Source of the DNA: Bdellovibrionales bacterium
GTDB taxonomy: Bacteria > Bdellovibrionota > Bdellovibrionia > Bdellovibrionales > UBA1609
Length of the DNA: 64,000 nucleotides
Reading direction: 5' to 3'
NCBI GenBank assembly: GCA_965261545.1
Contig: CBDHDF010000011.1
Coordinates: 160,001-224,000 of the forward strand
The notes beneath the pieces were generated by a model that ran no database searches, had not been told where the DNA came from, and was given only the letters and a program-made list of their open reading frames with translations. Below, piece after piece: positions 10,972-21,334 of this stretch (its first letter is position 1; the number at the start of each line of letters is the position of its first letter). Position numbers and translations under genes: made by a program.

Positions 10972-12123
10972 GTGACTTACTCCTTGGTTGAGGGTTGGGT
11001 GTAAAATAAAACAAGTCTTATTCTTGTCGATTTATCTAATAATTTCAAGAGATTTTTCTTAAGGAAACGGCATTGGTTCATGAAGACCTTGTTAAAGAAA
11101 AGAAAGATTCTGGTGATATTGGTATGACATCGGAGCAAGTTCTCAAGGTGGCTATTCTTAAATCCATAAGAGGTCTTTCCTATCGTGTTAGCTGACAATT
11201 AAAATGCCCCACCGTCGCCAATGAAAAGTGGCCACTTTTCAGAGGAGGACCTATGGTGATTTTTGGCATTGTCAACCGAGACGCATATAATCAATTGATA
11301 TTACTCATAAAAAGGCTCCGAGCTGATAAGAACTCCTTTTGGGTTCTTGTCGACCTGGAAAGGGGCTCCGTGTTGGAGAGTCCTTCCATGACAGCCTATT
11401 CAGGTTCCATATTTGTCATTTGTAGACTGTTTCTGGATTTCAATGAGGTTAAATATATAGTCAAGAAAAGCCTGTTTAGGCTGTGCCCATTTTCTAAAGT
11501 ATTTAAATTCCACAAGATTCCAACATTTGCCTCAATTTTCATGGAATTTCTTTTTGAAGACAGGCTTCCCTTAAAGCCGTCGCCAATTAAAATGTCCCAC
11601 TTTCAATATGGAGGTTGTCGCCAATGAAAAGTGACCAATCTTCAGGGAGTGTTCAAATACTAGACAATGAAGTCTCTTCTTCTGATATAGATACTAAGCT
11701 CACAGAGTCCCTCCCTTTTGCAACTCAAAAGGTTAGCAATGAGGAGGATCTTATGATTAGTCAATACACTTTCGGCCGCATTCGTGACCTGAGTCACAGT
11801 GGTAAAAATAAGACAGAAATATCTCGTGAATTAGGGATCAATCGTAAGACGGTGCGCAAGTACTGTGAGTCCAACACCCCACCGAAGTACAAGGCGAGGT
11901 CCAAAAGAACTCGCCCAGATCCCCTTAATGGATATATGGATCGGGTGCATAGGTGTTCGTGGTTTTTTTCTAATTTTAATTCCGAATTAATGGAAATACT
12001 TTTCAAGCCTCCTTTTTTACATAGAGGGAAGTGGGCGATTTATAAATATTTATAGATGGTATTTTGAGAAATGGACGCAGATTGACATTTGATATCCACG
12101 ACAAGCCATGTGTTTTAAGAGAC

Positions 12124-12255
12124 TTAATTGTGTAACGAAAGAACTGTGGACTTTTGGGAACAACAGAATTTAAATTTCTTTCCACTTCCGCATGGACAGG
12201 ATTGATTTCTTTCAATTTTTTCGCTTTGGTCATTTTTCTGCTGTGATGCCGACAT
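12124..12255 (-). CDS. SEC-C motif peptide (43 aa), probably the frameshifted C-terminus of the upstream membrane ORF
   Basis: Manual translation gives ERNQSCPCGSGKKFKFCC; not in the ORF track. Confidence 0.7.
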   Translation of the reverse strand: MSASQQKNDQSEKIERNQSCPCGSGKKFKFCCSQKSTVLSLHN

Positions 12256-12263
12256 ATCTTCAG

Positions 12264-12587
12264 TTACAATTTTTTTTTCTTTTCATCTTCCAAATCCTCA
12301 TCCAAATTATCAAAAAGAATATCTCCTAGATTCTGGTGAAAGTAACGATTTTTAAATTGAGATATGAGCATCATAAAAATACATGTAAGAACCAAAAGTG
12401 TGAGTGAAGCAAAAAACAAATAAGATGCTTGCATCTGAGTTAATGGGAGGATGAGTGCCAGTAAATAACCAAATCCAAATACCAATAAGGAAATAAAAAG
12501 AGATATAAAGGATCCCAAAGAAAGTAATATTAAAAGTCCAAAAATCATTGCTATTTTTTGCTCCTGTCGAATACAATGAATCCGCAT
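12264..12587 (-). CDS. Small membrane protein, passenger of D
   Basis: Two to three hydrophobic segments and an acidic tail; ends just after an A9 run. Confidence 0.6.
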   Translation of the reverse strand: MRIHCIRQEQKIAMIFGLLILLSLGSFISLFISLLVFGFGYLLALILPLTQMQASYLFFASLTLLVLTCIFMMLISQFKNRYFHQNLGDILFDNLDEDLEDEKKKKL

Positions 12588-12692
12588 AGATACAAGTGAG
12601 TTATCTACAGACTTAATGATTCTCGCGTTAGTATCTTAATAGGTCAAGATTAATTGGAGGAAATTTTTATTTTTTAAACGCAGGGGGCAAAT

Positions 12693-13937
12693 ATGAGCAC
12701 GGAAGCTCAAACACTTAAAACGATCAAAAAATGTTTCAAGAAAGTTATTCCTGAAAAGGACTCTCGGGCAACCATTCCACCTCTTGAGTTTATTGTGGCT
12801 CTTGTCTTGTCATTCCAGGGAGACTCTAAGACATATTCAATAGAGGGGATTAGGAGGTTTATGATAAGTCATTTAGGGTTAAGAATTGAAAGACACAGCT
12901 TCTGGGAAAGACTCTCTAGAAAAAGATTAAAAAAGCTTCTGAGTAAACTGGTTGAAATGCTCATGATAAAGCTATCTCATGGAGCTTTTCATGGAAGCAA
13001 AGCCATATTATTACAACTGGGAGTCTCAGACGTTCTTCTTGTTGACTCAAGCACAATAAGCCTTTGGGATGGAGCATCTGAGAATTTTCCAGGGACAAGA
13101 ACAAACGCAGGAATTAAATGGCACGCTTGTTTCAGTTTATTCAGTGGTATAATGACTTGGTTCGAATTAACTCCGTCTTCCACTAACGATAGGAAGTGCT
13201 TTCCTGATATAAAGGAACTCGTTGGAAAATTAGTCATCTTTGATTTGGGATATTGGGACTATGGCTTATTGTCATCTATTCATGAAGCTAAAGGATTTTT
13301 CTTGTCTAGAGTGAAGTCAAATGCCTCTATTCTTATTGATGCTGTTGTTGAAGGTTTGCCAGATTACTATGTTGGAAAAGAGTTCTCTGATATTAAACTC
13401 AAGAAAAAAAACGATGTTGTTGAATTTATAGGCAGTGTCTTGTCCAATGGTAAATGGGTAAGTTTGAGAATTGTAGGCTTCTGGAATTCCTCCGAAAAAC
13501 GCTATCATTGGTATTGCACGAATTTAGATGTGGCAGCGGAGTCCATATATCCAATTTATCGTTTACGTTGGCAATGTGAACTTATTTTCAAATCTTGTAA
13601 GAATTCTTTGAATGCAAATCAGATCACCTCAAACGATCAAAATATCATAGAGAGTCTTCTTCTTGCTTCATTAGCGGCTCACCTCACATCAAGTGTTGTT
13701 TTGAGGATAGGAAGAACTAAACTCAATAAGGAACAAAATGACTCCACATCGTTTCAAAGAGTTGCTAAGGTTACCGTCTTATTAGCCTCTGATTTTATCA
13801 AATATCTCCTAAGCTCATCTCAAAAGTATTTAAATATTTTGATAGAGAAGATCAAGATATTCTCCCATGAAATTTATGACACAAACTACCGACGGCGAAA
13901 AACATCAATGAATATGGCTAAAAAGGTCTTGCTATGA
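12693..13937 (+). CDS. IS4-family transposase
   Basis: VDSS, FDLGY and YRLRWQCELIFK (YREK signature). Confidence 0.92.
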   Translation: MSTEAQTLKTIKKCFKKVIPEKDSRATIPPLEFIVALVLSFQGDSKTYSIEGIRRFMISHLGLRIERHSFWERLSRKRLKKLLSKLVEMLMIKLSHGAFHGSKAILLQLGVSDVLLVDSSTISLWDGASENFPGTRTNAGIKWHACFSLFSGIMTWFELTPSSTNDRKCFPDIKELVGKLVIFDLGYWDYGLLSSIHEAKGFFLSRVKSNASILIDAVVEGLPDYYVGKEFSDIKLKKKNDVVEFIGSVLSNGKWVSLRIVGFWNSSEKRYHWYCTNLDVAAESIYPIYRLRWQCELIFKSCKNSLNANQITSNDQNIIESLLLASLAAHLTSSVVLRIGRTKLNKEQNDSTSFQRVAKVTVLLASDFIKYLLSSSQKYLNILIEKIKIFSHEIYDTNYRRRKTSMNMAKKVLL

Positions 13938-15245
13938 AAGAATAAAAAACCACGAACACCTATGGGATCGGGTGAAGTACTTTTTGAAGTTGAACCCAAG
14001 TAACACCGCCCGTGAAATATATGAGCTATTAGTTGAGGAGGGTTATCGTGGGAGTGAGAGAACGGTTCAGAGAAGAGTTTGTGAGATTCTTGGTTCTCGC
14101 CCCAAGGAGCGTTTTTTCAGCCAAAGATATGATCCTGGAGAACAGGCTCAGTTTGATTTTAAGGAGAAGGTTGCTTTACCATTTGCCGATGGTGTTCAGA
14201 TCGTTCATCTCCATTTTGGAACATTGCCTTGTAGTGGCACCTGTTGGGTTCGTGCCTACCCCTTTCTTGTCTATGAGTGTTTCATCGATGGGGTGCATGC
14301 TTTTTTTGAAAAGATAGGTGGGATGAGTGCGAACATCCGTATTGATAATTTATCTCCCTGTGTGAAGAAAGTTCTTAAAGGAAATCAGCGAATTTACACC
14401 CAATCTTTTGATCGAGCCATCCAATACTATGGATTTAAGGTTCTTCCCTGCCGCGCAGGGAAGGGCTCTGACAAGGGAGATGTGGAGCGTGATATTCGAA
14501 CCTTCAGTTCTCGGATAAAAAATATTGTTAGAAACAAAGGAATTGTTTTTAAAGACTGGGATCATTTGAATCAGTTTTTAGAGTCTTATATGGATCAGCA
14601 TCAGAGTGACTCCACCAAATCTCGCTTTGAGGAGGAGGCCAAAGTTCTTAAGCCTTTGCCTCCACGAGATGAAGATATTCTCTGTAAGGTGAATATTTGT
14701 CAAAGTAATGGTTATGGGACTTTGAGAATAGGTAAAACCACATATTCCATACCTGATGAGGTGATCCAAGCTCCCTGTAAAACCGTACAGGGTCCCTATC
14801 ATGTCACGATCTATCGTGCAGGAGGGAAGCAAGAAATTGTCGCTCGCCATCAAAGAAAACCTGATGGGGAGCATAGTCTTCTTCTTGAACATATCCTTCC
14901 TTCTTTAGTTCGTAAGCCGCAAGCCATGGTAAGATGGGCTCACCGATCCATTCTTTTTCCAACAAATGTGTTTGAAAATTTTTATCAATACCTCAAGCAA
15001 CAAGATTCAAGCCGTGCCGAGCATGAATATTTAAGAGTTATCAACTTGATTCAGCATGTGAGTTGGCAGGACTTATCTACAGCCATGGAGCTTCAATTAG
15101 AAAGTCGTGAGATTTTCGACTTTAAATCCATAAAAGATTTGCTCTTAGGCAATCCCACCAAAATTAATTTGAATGACCAACAAAAACCACTTCAACCTAG
15201 ATTGTCTCAATATGACAGTCTTGTTCCAAACATAGGAGGTTCTTA

Positions 15246-16028
15246 ATGAATCACGAAGAACTTATAGGTTCTCTTAAAAAACTCCGACTTCCAGCGATGG
15301 CGGATGAATATGTTGCAACGGCTAGAGTTGCCGAAAAAACAAAAAAGACGTATGAACAGTATTTAGGTATACTCGTTCAAAATGAGCTTGCTGACAAGCA
15401 TTCCCAGAGAGTGAAAAGATTGCTTAAGGGGGCCAAGCTTCCTCAACTTAAATCACTCCAAACTTATAACTTCCAGAAAAGAACGGGAGTGACAGCTCAG
15501 CAAATTAATTGGATGGCAGAGGGAGAGTGGGTCAGAAAAGCCTGTAATGTTGTGTTTTACGGAAGCTTTGGAATGGGGAAAAGTCATTTGGCCATGTCCC
15601 TAGTTCGTTCACTCTGTGAACAAGGCTATCGATGTTTATGGGTCACCACTCATGAACTTATTGAAACAATGCGTGAAAGCAAGAAAGAACTCTCATTGAA
15701 TGCTCTTTTTAAGAAATTAGACCGTTTTGATCTTATTGCTTGTGATGAACTTGGCTATACAGCTTCCTGCACAGAGGGGGCAGATCTTTTCTTTCAATTC
15801 ATATCTCAGCGATATGAAAGGAAAAGTCTCATGATCACTACAAACTTAACATACTCTGAATGGGATAAGGTGTTTCTTAACCCTATTACCACCGCTGCTG
15901 CTGTTGATCGAATCATTCACAACTGTGAAACCCTCAACATTGAAGGAAAAGAAAGTTGGAGAACCGAATCGGCAAAAGCCAAGTCTAAACAGAGCAAAGA
16001 GGAAAGTTCAACCAAAGAAGTTCATTAG
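15246..16028 (+). CDS. istB: IS21 helper ATPase IstB
   Basis: Same protein as 8358-9140. Confidence 0.93.
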   Translation: MNHEELIGSLKKLRLPAMADEYVATARVAEKTKKTYEQYLGILVQNELADKHSQRVKRLLKGAKLPQLKSLQTYNFQKRTGVTAQQINWMAEGEWVRKACNVVFYGSFGMGKSHLAMSLVRSLCEQGYRCLWVTTHELIETMRESKKELSLNALFKKLDRFDLIACDELGYTASCTEGADLFFQFISQRYERKSLMITTNLTYSEWDKVFLNPITTAAAVDRIIHNCETLNIEGKESWRTESAKAKSKQSKEESSTKEVH

Positions 16029-16682
16029 AGATCCCCACTTTTGGGGAAGGAACTCGCCAGTTATCCACAAAATTTATCCACAGCAGCACTGCGTTGCTAG
16101 ACATCGGGGTCACAGCCGCAGTGTCGCCATGGATAAATTTATGGATAACTGGCTTTTACCGTACTATTTGCTCGTCACTCTCGCGGAGCTTTAGACATTA
16201 GCTGCGCCAAGGAATCCTGAAAAATACTCCATTTACCTCTGCCATAGGGCTGAAGGATGCATTTGGGGTCATGCCAAAAGTGGTGGGCAGAAAATCATTC
16301 CTCAGAATCTTGTGGCATAGTCCGAGTTAAATGATGAGCAAAATAAAGACACTTGACTAAACTCTGAACGAAGAATAACTAAATCAGTACATCATCAACT
16401 GGCCGTTTTTCATTGGCGACGGCTTCTAAAAATGGCCAATTTTAATTGGCGCCTAACATATCGTGCGTTAGCCTTTAATCTTGTCGATTCAGTATCCACC
16501 AGAGCTTTTCTGGGCCTTGAATTGGAAGAAAATTACGCTCACTCCACCTTACAGGACTTGATTGTTCAAATAAGTGAAGAAACTTGGGGAATTATTAGCG
16601 CCTCTTTAGTTTCAGATGCAAGAGATCAAAAGATTGAGCCGTGTAAGAAAATGAGAGTGGACAGTACAGTGACGAAATCAAA

Positions 16683-17044
16683 CGAGTCCATTACTTAATA
16701 CCCCCGTCAACGACAGAGGTTTTAGAGAGCTAAGGGTCACGGACCCCTCCCATCCCCTTTATAGGAAGTCATTCAAGGTGATTTCCATACCTAAAAATCA
16801 GAAAAAATCTACTTTTGCTTTTGTTCAATACAAGAACCACATGACGCTACGCATACCATTGGCTTCTACCAATCTGAACCCCAATCTCTACGATAGGCAG
16901 GCCCCAAGCAAACTTGGTATAGTTGCAATTCAGGAGCTAATTTCACTGACTCAACAACTGGAAGAGCAACTATGTCAATTACACCAAAAGATGTCTGGCC
17001 AAGACTGCCAAAAGAAATTCAAAAGCAAGTCATCAAAGACTTAA
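16683..17044 (+). CDS. Small accessory protein of E (resembles DUF5372/Y4bD-type), lacking its start codon in the integrated state
   Basis: Frame is open to the left junction; the motif VTDPSHPLY lies upstream of the first usable start (GTG 16778). Confidence 0.6.
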
Positions 17045-17208
17045 CTTTAGCCATTGAGGAGATTATATATGAAAACATCGGAATTGATTACACCTATTCA
17101 CTTAAAGAGAAAAGCCATAATATACATCAGACAGTCGACCCCTCAGCAAGCCATCAAAAACAAAGAAAGTCTCGACCTTCAATACTCACTCAGGCAAAGA
17201 GCTACTGA
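16972..17208 (+). CDS. Small hypothetical protein overlapping the LSR start
   Basis: ATG with GAAGAG upstream; identical in both E copies. Confidence 0.35.
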   Translation: MSITPKDVWPRLPKEIQKQVIKDLTLAIEEIIYENIGIDYTYSLKEKSHNIHQTVDPSASHQKQRKSRPSILTQAKSY

Positions 17209-19114
17209 ATTAGGTTGGCAAGAAGATAGTATTGAAATTGTCGATGATGATTTGGGGATCACAGGAAGTAGTATACAGTTTAGAGAAGGCTTCAAGAATA
17301 TCCTTGCAGAAGTGACCTTGGAAAAAATTGGTATTATTCTATCGTACGATGTCACTCGTCTATCTAGAAACTGTACGGACTGGTACCAATTACTTGATCT
17401 GTGTGCTTTTAAGAATTGCCTCATTGCTGATAGAGAGTCTATTTATAACCCTTCTAATGTTAATGGAAGAATGTTACTCGGGTTTAAAGGTCAACTCTCA
17501 GAAATGGAATTATTTACGATACGCAATAGATTAACAGCAGGTCTTCTCAACAAAGCCAAGCGAGGAGATTTAGCTCTTAAATTACCAGTTGGTTTTATTC
17601 GAACAGAACAAGGTAAAGTGCTAAAAGATCCAAATAAAGATTTACAAGATCGCATAAATTTAGTATTTACTATATTCTTAAAACTGAAATCAGCCGGTAA
17701 GGTGTCGCGATTTTTTAACGATAACAACCTCTTACTTCCAAGAGTTGATTTTGTAAAAAGTATTCATTGGAAAAAAACATCCAAGGCAGCCATACTTTCT
17801 ATTTTGAAGAATCCAGCTTATAGCGGAACTTTTGTATATGGCAAAGCTGAATACCGTAGAAAAGACTTAGCTGGAAAACTTAAGCGTACAAAGCTTCCAC
17901 TTAATGAATGGAAAATTGTTGTGAAAGATAAATATCCTAAATATATCGATTGGAATACATTCTTAAAAATACAAGAAATTCTAAAAGACAACTACACTGA
18001 ATATACTCGTAATAAAACAAGAGGCATACCTCGCCCTGGTAAGGCCCTCTTACATGGGATAGTCTATTGTGGAGAATGTGGCCACAAAATGTCAGTGCAG
18101 TATAAAACAGCAACTCGATACTTATGCAACTATCTACGCCAACAACATCGGGAACCTACTTGCCAATTCATTCCTACAGATCCAATCGATGATTATGTAG
18201 TAAACACTTTTTTTAAGGTTCTTTCCCCTGTCGAGCTAGACTTGTATGCCAAGGCTTTAGAAAATAAGTCAAAAATTGACCAAGAGGTTTACAAATCACA
18301 CATTCAGCAAATTCAGCGTTTAAGGTATGAAGCTCAACTGGTAGAAAAGAGGTATCGCAAAGTAGACCCTGAGAATAGACTTGTTGCAGATGAATTAGAA
18401 ACACAATGGGAAGAGGCTTTAGTAATACTTAAAAAAGCCGAAGATCACCTAGAGAGGGTTAAGAATGAACAGCGTATTCCAACTGTGATCTCTCAAAAAA
18501 TGAAAAGAGAATTTTCAGATTTGAATCAAAAACTACCTTCGCTATGGGAGGATAAGATATTGACCAAAGACATGAAAAAGAAAATTCTTAGAACATTGGT
18601 TGAAAAGGTTGTCATTCACAGAAAGAAAAGAGATATGGTTGCACTGAGAATTGTTTGGATTGGAGGAGATACAACAGAAGCTAGCATTCCAATCAAAGTT
18701 GGATCTTTTGATGAACTGTCATCTTCTGAAACGATAAAGAAAATAATTGCGCAGCAGGTCAAGCTTGGGGTGTCTGATGAAGATATTGCCAAACTATTGA
18801 CCCAAAAAGGATTCAGATCACCAATGGATACCACTTTTCTCAGAAATACTGTGAAGTCCTATAGACTAAACAATAAAATCTATCGGAATCGAAAGCACTC
18901 TTTTCCGACCAAAGTCGAGGGAAGCCTCACAACATCTCAAATTGCAGCACTTATTGATGTTAAAGTTCATTGGATTTATCACCATATTAAACAAGGGAGG
19001 ATCATTGTCAAAAAACACGAGAAAACAAAGGCTTATCTCTTTCCAGATAAGAAAAAAACCATATCTGACTTTAAAAAACTTAAGTCCGGATCAATTAAAA
19101 AGCTACGTTACTAA
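17069..19114 (+). CDS. Large serine recombinase (resolvase + recombinase + Zn-ribbon + coiled coil + C-terminal HTH)
   Basis: Catalytic YIRQS, TRLSRN, ILKNPAYSG, CGECG...C...C; GAGGAG RBS before MKTS. Confidence 0.92.
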   Translation: MKTSELITPIHLKRKAIIYIRQSTPQQAIKNKESLDLQYSLRQRATELGWQEDSIEIVDDDLGITGSSIQFREGFKNILAEVTLEKIGIILSYDVTRLSRNCTDWYQLLDLCAFKNCLIADRESIYNPSNVNGRMLLGFKGQLSEMELFTIRNRLTAGLLNKAKRGDLALKLPVGFIRTEQGKVLKDPNKDLQDRINLVFTIFLKLKSAGKVSRFFNDNNLLLPRVDFVKSIHWKKTSKAAILSILKNPAYSGTFVYGKAEYRRKDLAGKLKRTKLPLNEWKIVVKDKYPKYIDWNTFLKIQEILKDNYTEYTRNKTRGIPRPGKALLHGIVYCGECGHKMSVQYKTATRYLCNYLRQQHREPTCQFIPTDPIDDYVVNTFFKVLSPVELDLYAKALENKSKIDQEVYKSHIQQIQRLRYEAQLVEKRYRKVDPENRLVADELETQWEEALVILKKAEDHLERVKNEQRIPTVISQKMKREFSDLNQKLPSLWEDKILTKDMKKKILRTLVEKVVIHRKKRDMVALRIVWIGGDTTEASIPIKVGSFDELSSSETIKKIIAQQVKLGVSDEDIAKLLTQKGFRSPMDTTFLRNTVKSYRLNNKIYRNRKHSFPTKVEGSLTTSQIAALIDVKVHWIYHHIKQGRIIVKKHEKTKAYLFPDKKKTISDFKKLKSGSIKKLRY

Positions 19115-20341
19115 GGGGGTATCAACATGAGTGATCAAATATTCATCATCCAACGGATGCATCGCTTTTATATGACTGCATAAGAGTTACAGAAAGAGAA
19201 TTTAAAAAAGTTCGTAAAAATGTCATGAAAGATTTTTGGCGACTTATTTCAAGAGAAGATCTTAAGAGAGCAAAAACCTTGCTTTACAAAATTAATAATT
19301 CCAAAAATGATGCGGAAAGACTACCTTGCTATAAGGAGCTTTTAAAAATCGCTACCAAATTGAACAAAGGATTACCTGATACCATCAGAAAGATAAAAAA
19401 AGAACAAAAATGTGTGAAGATGAATGCTTTGAAAAAGAGTCTAAAACAGTTAGAAAATGTTGCCTTCTACCTGGAAAAAATCATCTTTCAAACTCAAAAA
19501 AGAGTTATTGAGGGGAAAAAAGTATCTTCTGAAAAAAAGGTCCTATCCATCTTTGAACCGCATACAGACATTATTGTAAAGGGGCAAAGAGAAGTCGAGT
19601 TTGGGCATAAAATCTTTCTGACCTCAGGGCAAAGCAACATGATTTTAGATTGTCAGATCCCTGATGGCAACCCCGCAGACTCTGATATGTTTTTAAAAGT
19701 TATGAATTCAGTGACACAAACCTATGGGGCTTGCCCTGTAAAAGTAAGTGCAGATGGTGGGTTTGCTTCAAAAGAAAATCTTGAAGAGGCCAAAGAGATG
19801 GGGGCTAAAGATGTTTGCTTCCCAGAAAAAAAAGGAATGAAAATATTAAAGATGGTTAAAAGTGCTTGGGTCTTTAAAAATCTTCTCAATTGGAGAGCCG
19901 GAATAGAGGCTGTTATTTCATTCCTTAAGAGATGTTTTGGTATGAGAGTTGCTTACTGGAAAGGGCATGATGGTTTTAAGAGGTATGTAAAGAATGCCGT
20001 TTGTGCCTATAATTTTGTTGTCTTGGCAAGACATGAATTATCAACTGTCACCTAAATTTATCCATTAGGAATAACAGCAATGGACCAGGTCGAAGGTGCT
20101 AAAATCTTCCAAAGGTAGGGGTGCGTCTTCAAATCGAAAAAACTAGGGCGCAAGTCGCTTAAAGACCTTTTTCCCCTTAATCTGTAGAGTTTGTGTGGCA
20201 AATCTCCAACTCTCACTCCCCCATTGAGGCATTGGGAGGCTCAATGGGGAGTGTCAGAGAACAAAAAATGGGCCTTTCTGGACAGAAACTACTTAAAATT
20301 GCGACAAATCATGTAATATTAGTAGGACTTGATAGTATTAT

Positions 20342-21334
20342 ATGATACTATCAAACATGTCCAATTCACCGTTCACATACACAGGTAAAATCGTTGATTT
20401 ACTCTCTGAAATCACCTTTTTGTTAGGTAACGCCGAAACGAGAGGGCTAGAAGTTCCAGGCCCGCAATTAAGGAAATCAAATACGATTAAAACGATTCAG
20501 GCCACGCTCGCAATTGAGGGGAACACTCTATCTGAGAAACAAATTACAGCAATCCTTGAAGGTAAAAAGGTCCGAGGACGAGCGAATGAAATTCTTGAGG
20601 TCGAAAATGCGATTTCCTTATATGAGCAGATGGATTCTTTTGATTATACAAAAACTAAGGACTTTCTAAAGGCACATAGTTTTTTGATGAAGGGGCTAGT
20701 CAAAAGACCTGGAAAGTTTCGTGATCAAAATGTGGGGATATTAAAAGGAAAGAAAGTTGTTCACGCTGCACCTCAGCCTAAGATGGTTCCTCAATTGATG
20801 AAAAAGCACCTTGAGTGGTTGAAAAAAGACGATGAAGTTCATTTGATTATTAAGTCTTGCATCTCTCATTATGAAATTGAATTTATTCATCCCTTTATGG
20901 ATGGAAATGGAAGGATGGGAAGATTTTGGCAGACTCTTATTTTAAGCCAGATAAGTTTAGTATTCCGTTATTTACCAATAGAATCGATCATTAAAGAAAA
21001 ACAAAATGATTACTATAAATCTCTAGAGATGTCGGACAAAAAGGGGGAGCCGATCCCTTTTGTCGAATTTAGCCTTGGCGTATTAAAAGCTGGATTAGAA
21101 GAGCTCATTGAAAAAGCGCCCACTATAAACAGCACTCAAGAAAAAAGGCTAGAGCTTGCAAAATCAAAATTTAAAGACAAACCATTTTCAAGAAAAGAGT
21201 ACATGAACGCCGTTCTCGAAGTTTCAACAGCTACGGCCAGTAGAGACCTTGCTCAATGGTATGAGCAAGGGGAACTTAAGAAAGAGGGAAAGAATAATCA
21301 AACAAAATATTATTTTCACAAATTGGTCAAATAA
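20342..21334 (+). CDS. Fic family protein with C-terminal HTH
   Basis: Canonical HPFMDGNGRMGR motif; TLAIEGN motif. Confidence 0.92.
   Translation: MILSNMSNSPFTYTGKIVDLLSEITFLLGNAETRGLEVPGPQLRKSNTIKTIQATLAIEGNTLSEKQITAILEGKKVRGRANEILEVENAISLYEQMDSFDYTKTKDFLKAHSFLMKGLVKRPGKFRDQNVGILKGKKVVHAAPQPKMVPQLMKKHLEWLKKDDEVHLIIKSCISHYEIEFIHPFMDGNGRMGRFWQTLILSQISLVFRYLPIESIIKEKQNDYYKSLEMSDKKGEPIPFVEFSLGVLKAGLEELIEKAPTINSTQEKRLELAKSKFKDKPFSRKEYMNAVLEVSTATASRDLAQWYEQGELKKEGKNNQTKYYFHKLVK

Larger units (their letters stand above)
6155..11075 (-). mobile_element. IS4-family element B (interrupted by IS21 C and a MITE)
   Basis: 18-bp IR CAATGCCGTTTCCTTAAG at both ends; 10-bp TSD GTTCATGAAG (6145-6154 / 11076-11085). 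Confidence 0.9.
11948..13964 (+). mobile_element. IS4-family element D (2017 bp) with passenger gene
   Basis: IR CATAGGTGTTCGTGGTTTTTT; 10-bp TSD GGATCGGGTG. Confidence 0.9.
11753..15246 (+). pseudogene. istA: istA split by element D
   Basis: 11753-11947 and 13965-15246 rejoin to the intact IstA. Confidence 0.88.
11186..16458 (+). mobile_element. IS21 element C copy 2 (interrupted by IS4 element D)
   Basis: Same ends as copy 1; 5-bp TSD TATCG. Confidence 0.92.
16677..19139 (+). mobile_element. Minimal large-serine-recombinase element E copy 1
   Basis: Bounded by ATCAAA at both junctions (16677-16682, 19134-19139); the empty site is visible at 346-351; second copy at 31227-33689. Confidence 0.88.
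6025..20055 (+). pseudogene. ISNCY transposase interrupted three times (IS4 at 6155, IS21 at 11186, LSR element at 16683)
   Basis: ATG at 6025 after a GGGGG RBS; the pieces rejoin to the intact sequence at 20-1267. Confidence 0.85.
5477..20289 (+). mobile_element. Element A copy 2 (about 2.15 kb) expanded to 14.8 kb by nested insertions
   Basis: A sequence in four pieces (5477-6154, 11076-11185, 16459-16682, 19134-20289); both terminal IRs present. Confidence 0.9.

Noticed and set aside
17069..19114. E as an IS607/TnpB, IS110 or prophage element
   Set aside because: No TnpB, DEDD or phage genes; the domain layout is that of a large serine recombinase.
20342..21334. Fic gene as part of a toxin-antitoxin pair
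   Set aside because: No partner gene visible; the upstream region is an IS end.
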